From Mycobacterium tuberculosis H37Rv (GTDB lineage: Bacteria; Actinomycetota; Actinomycetes; Mycobacteriales; Mycobacteriaceae): DNA of 32,000 bases. Positions 31,431-32,000 of this stretch are shown here, piece by piece. Every line of letters starts with the position of its first letter. Position 1 is the stretch's first letter. Made by a program: the position numbers and the translations under genes. The DNA lies in NCBI RefSeq assembly GCF_000195955.2, contig NC_000962.3, forward strand, positions 840,001 to 872,000. The letters run 5' to 3'. The notes below the pieces were generated by a model. It saw nothing but the letters and a program-made list of their open reading frames with translations, was not told the DNA's origin and ran no database searches.

Positions 31431-32000
31431 ATGACTACCGCCGCCGGGCTTTCGGGCATCGATCTGACCGATCTGGACAACTTCGCCGACGGCTTCCCCC
31501 ATCACCTCTTCGCCATCCACCGTCGTGAAGCGCCGGTGTATTGGCATCGGCCGACCGAGCACACCCCGGACGGGGAGGGCTTCTGGTCGGTGGCTACCTA
31601 CGCCGAAACCCTTGAGGTGTTACGTGATCCGGTGACCTATTCGTCGGTCACCGGGGGCCAACGTCGGTTTGGGGGCACGGTGCTGCAGGATCTGCCGGTC
31701 GCCGGCCAGGTGCTCAACATGATGGATGATCCCCGGCACACCCGTATCCGGCGGTTGGTCAGCTCGGGCTTGACACCACGGATGATCCGGCGGGTCGAAG
31801 ACGATCTGCGCCGCCGGGCGCGTGGATTGCTCGATGGCGTAGAACCCGGAGCGCCTTTCGACTTCGTGGTCGAGATCGCTGCCGAATTGCCCATGCAGAT
31901 GATCTGCATTCTGCTGGGTGTGCCGGAGACGGATCGACATTGGTTGTTCGAGGCGGTTGAGCCGGGATTCGATTTCCGCGGCTCCCGCAGGGCGACGATG
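31431..32000 (+). CDS. cyp126: Cytochrome P450 CYP126, N-terminal 190 aa (3' truncated by window edge)
   Basis: Frame 3 open from ATG 31431 to the window end: [54 protein letters not shown]...[32 protein letters not shown]. Confidence 0.9.

Overview
This window closely matches my recollection of the Mycobacterium tuberculosis complex chromosome (H37Rv Rv0747 to Rv0778 neighbourhood). No database was consulted; locus assignments come from gene order and protein sequence recognition. Contents, left to right: 3' end of PE_PGRS10; VapBC31 toxin-antitoxin pair; a decayed DDE integrase fossil and small hypotheticals; mmsB-fadE9-mmsA; PE_PGRS11 with a phosphoglycerate-mutase domain; PPE12 (MPTR); an IS fragment beside a tRNA-Thr(TGT) gene; a repeat-containing hypothetical; phoP-phoR; the cyp51 cluster (HIT protein, NTF2-like protein, adhB, NTF2-like protein, ferredoxin, cyp51, SDR, cyp123, TetR); a divergent dehydrogenase cluster (aldA, SDR, HIBADH-like, CMD-like); purD; ggtA; a Tat-signal esterase; a TetR regulator; a DUF429-like protein; purB; and the start of cyp126. 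I found no clearly new multi-gene system. The most interesting less-obvious signals are: (1) a 42/45 identical duplication of the 3' half of tRNA-Thr flanking the IS fragment; (2) a fourfold ~18-bp repeat next to the transposase fragment; (3) paired GGACA-N2-TGTCC palindromes in the divergent TetR/aldA region; (4) a nested ~78-bp inverted repeat between Rv0776c and purB; (5) an integrase fossil with a single-base frameshift; (6) nine consecutive 10-residue repeats in the Rv0756c-like protein; (7) a His-containing CxxHxxC ferredoxin encoded next to cyp51.
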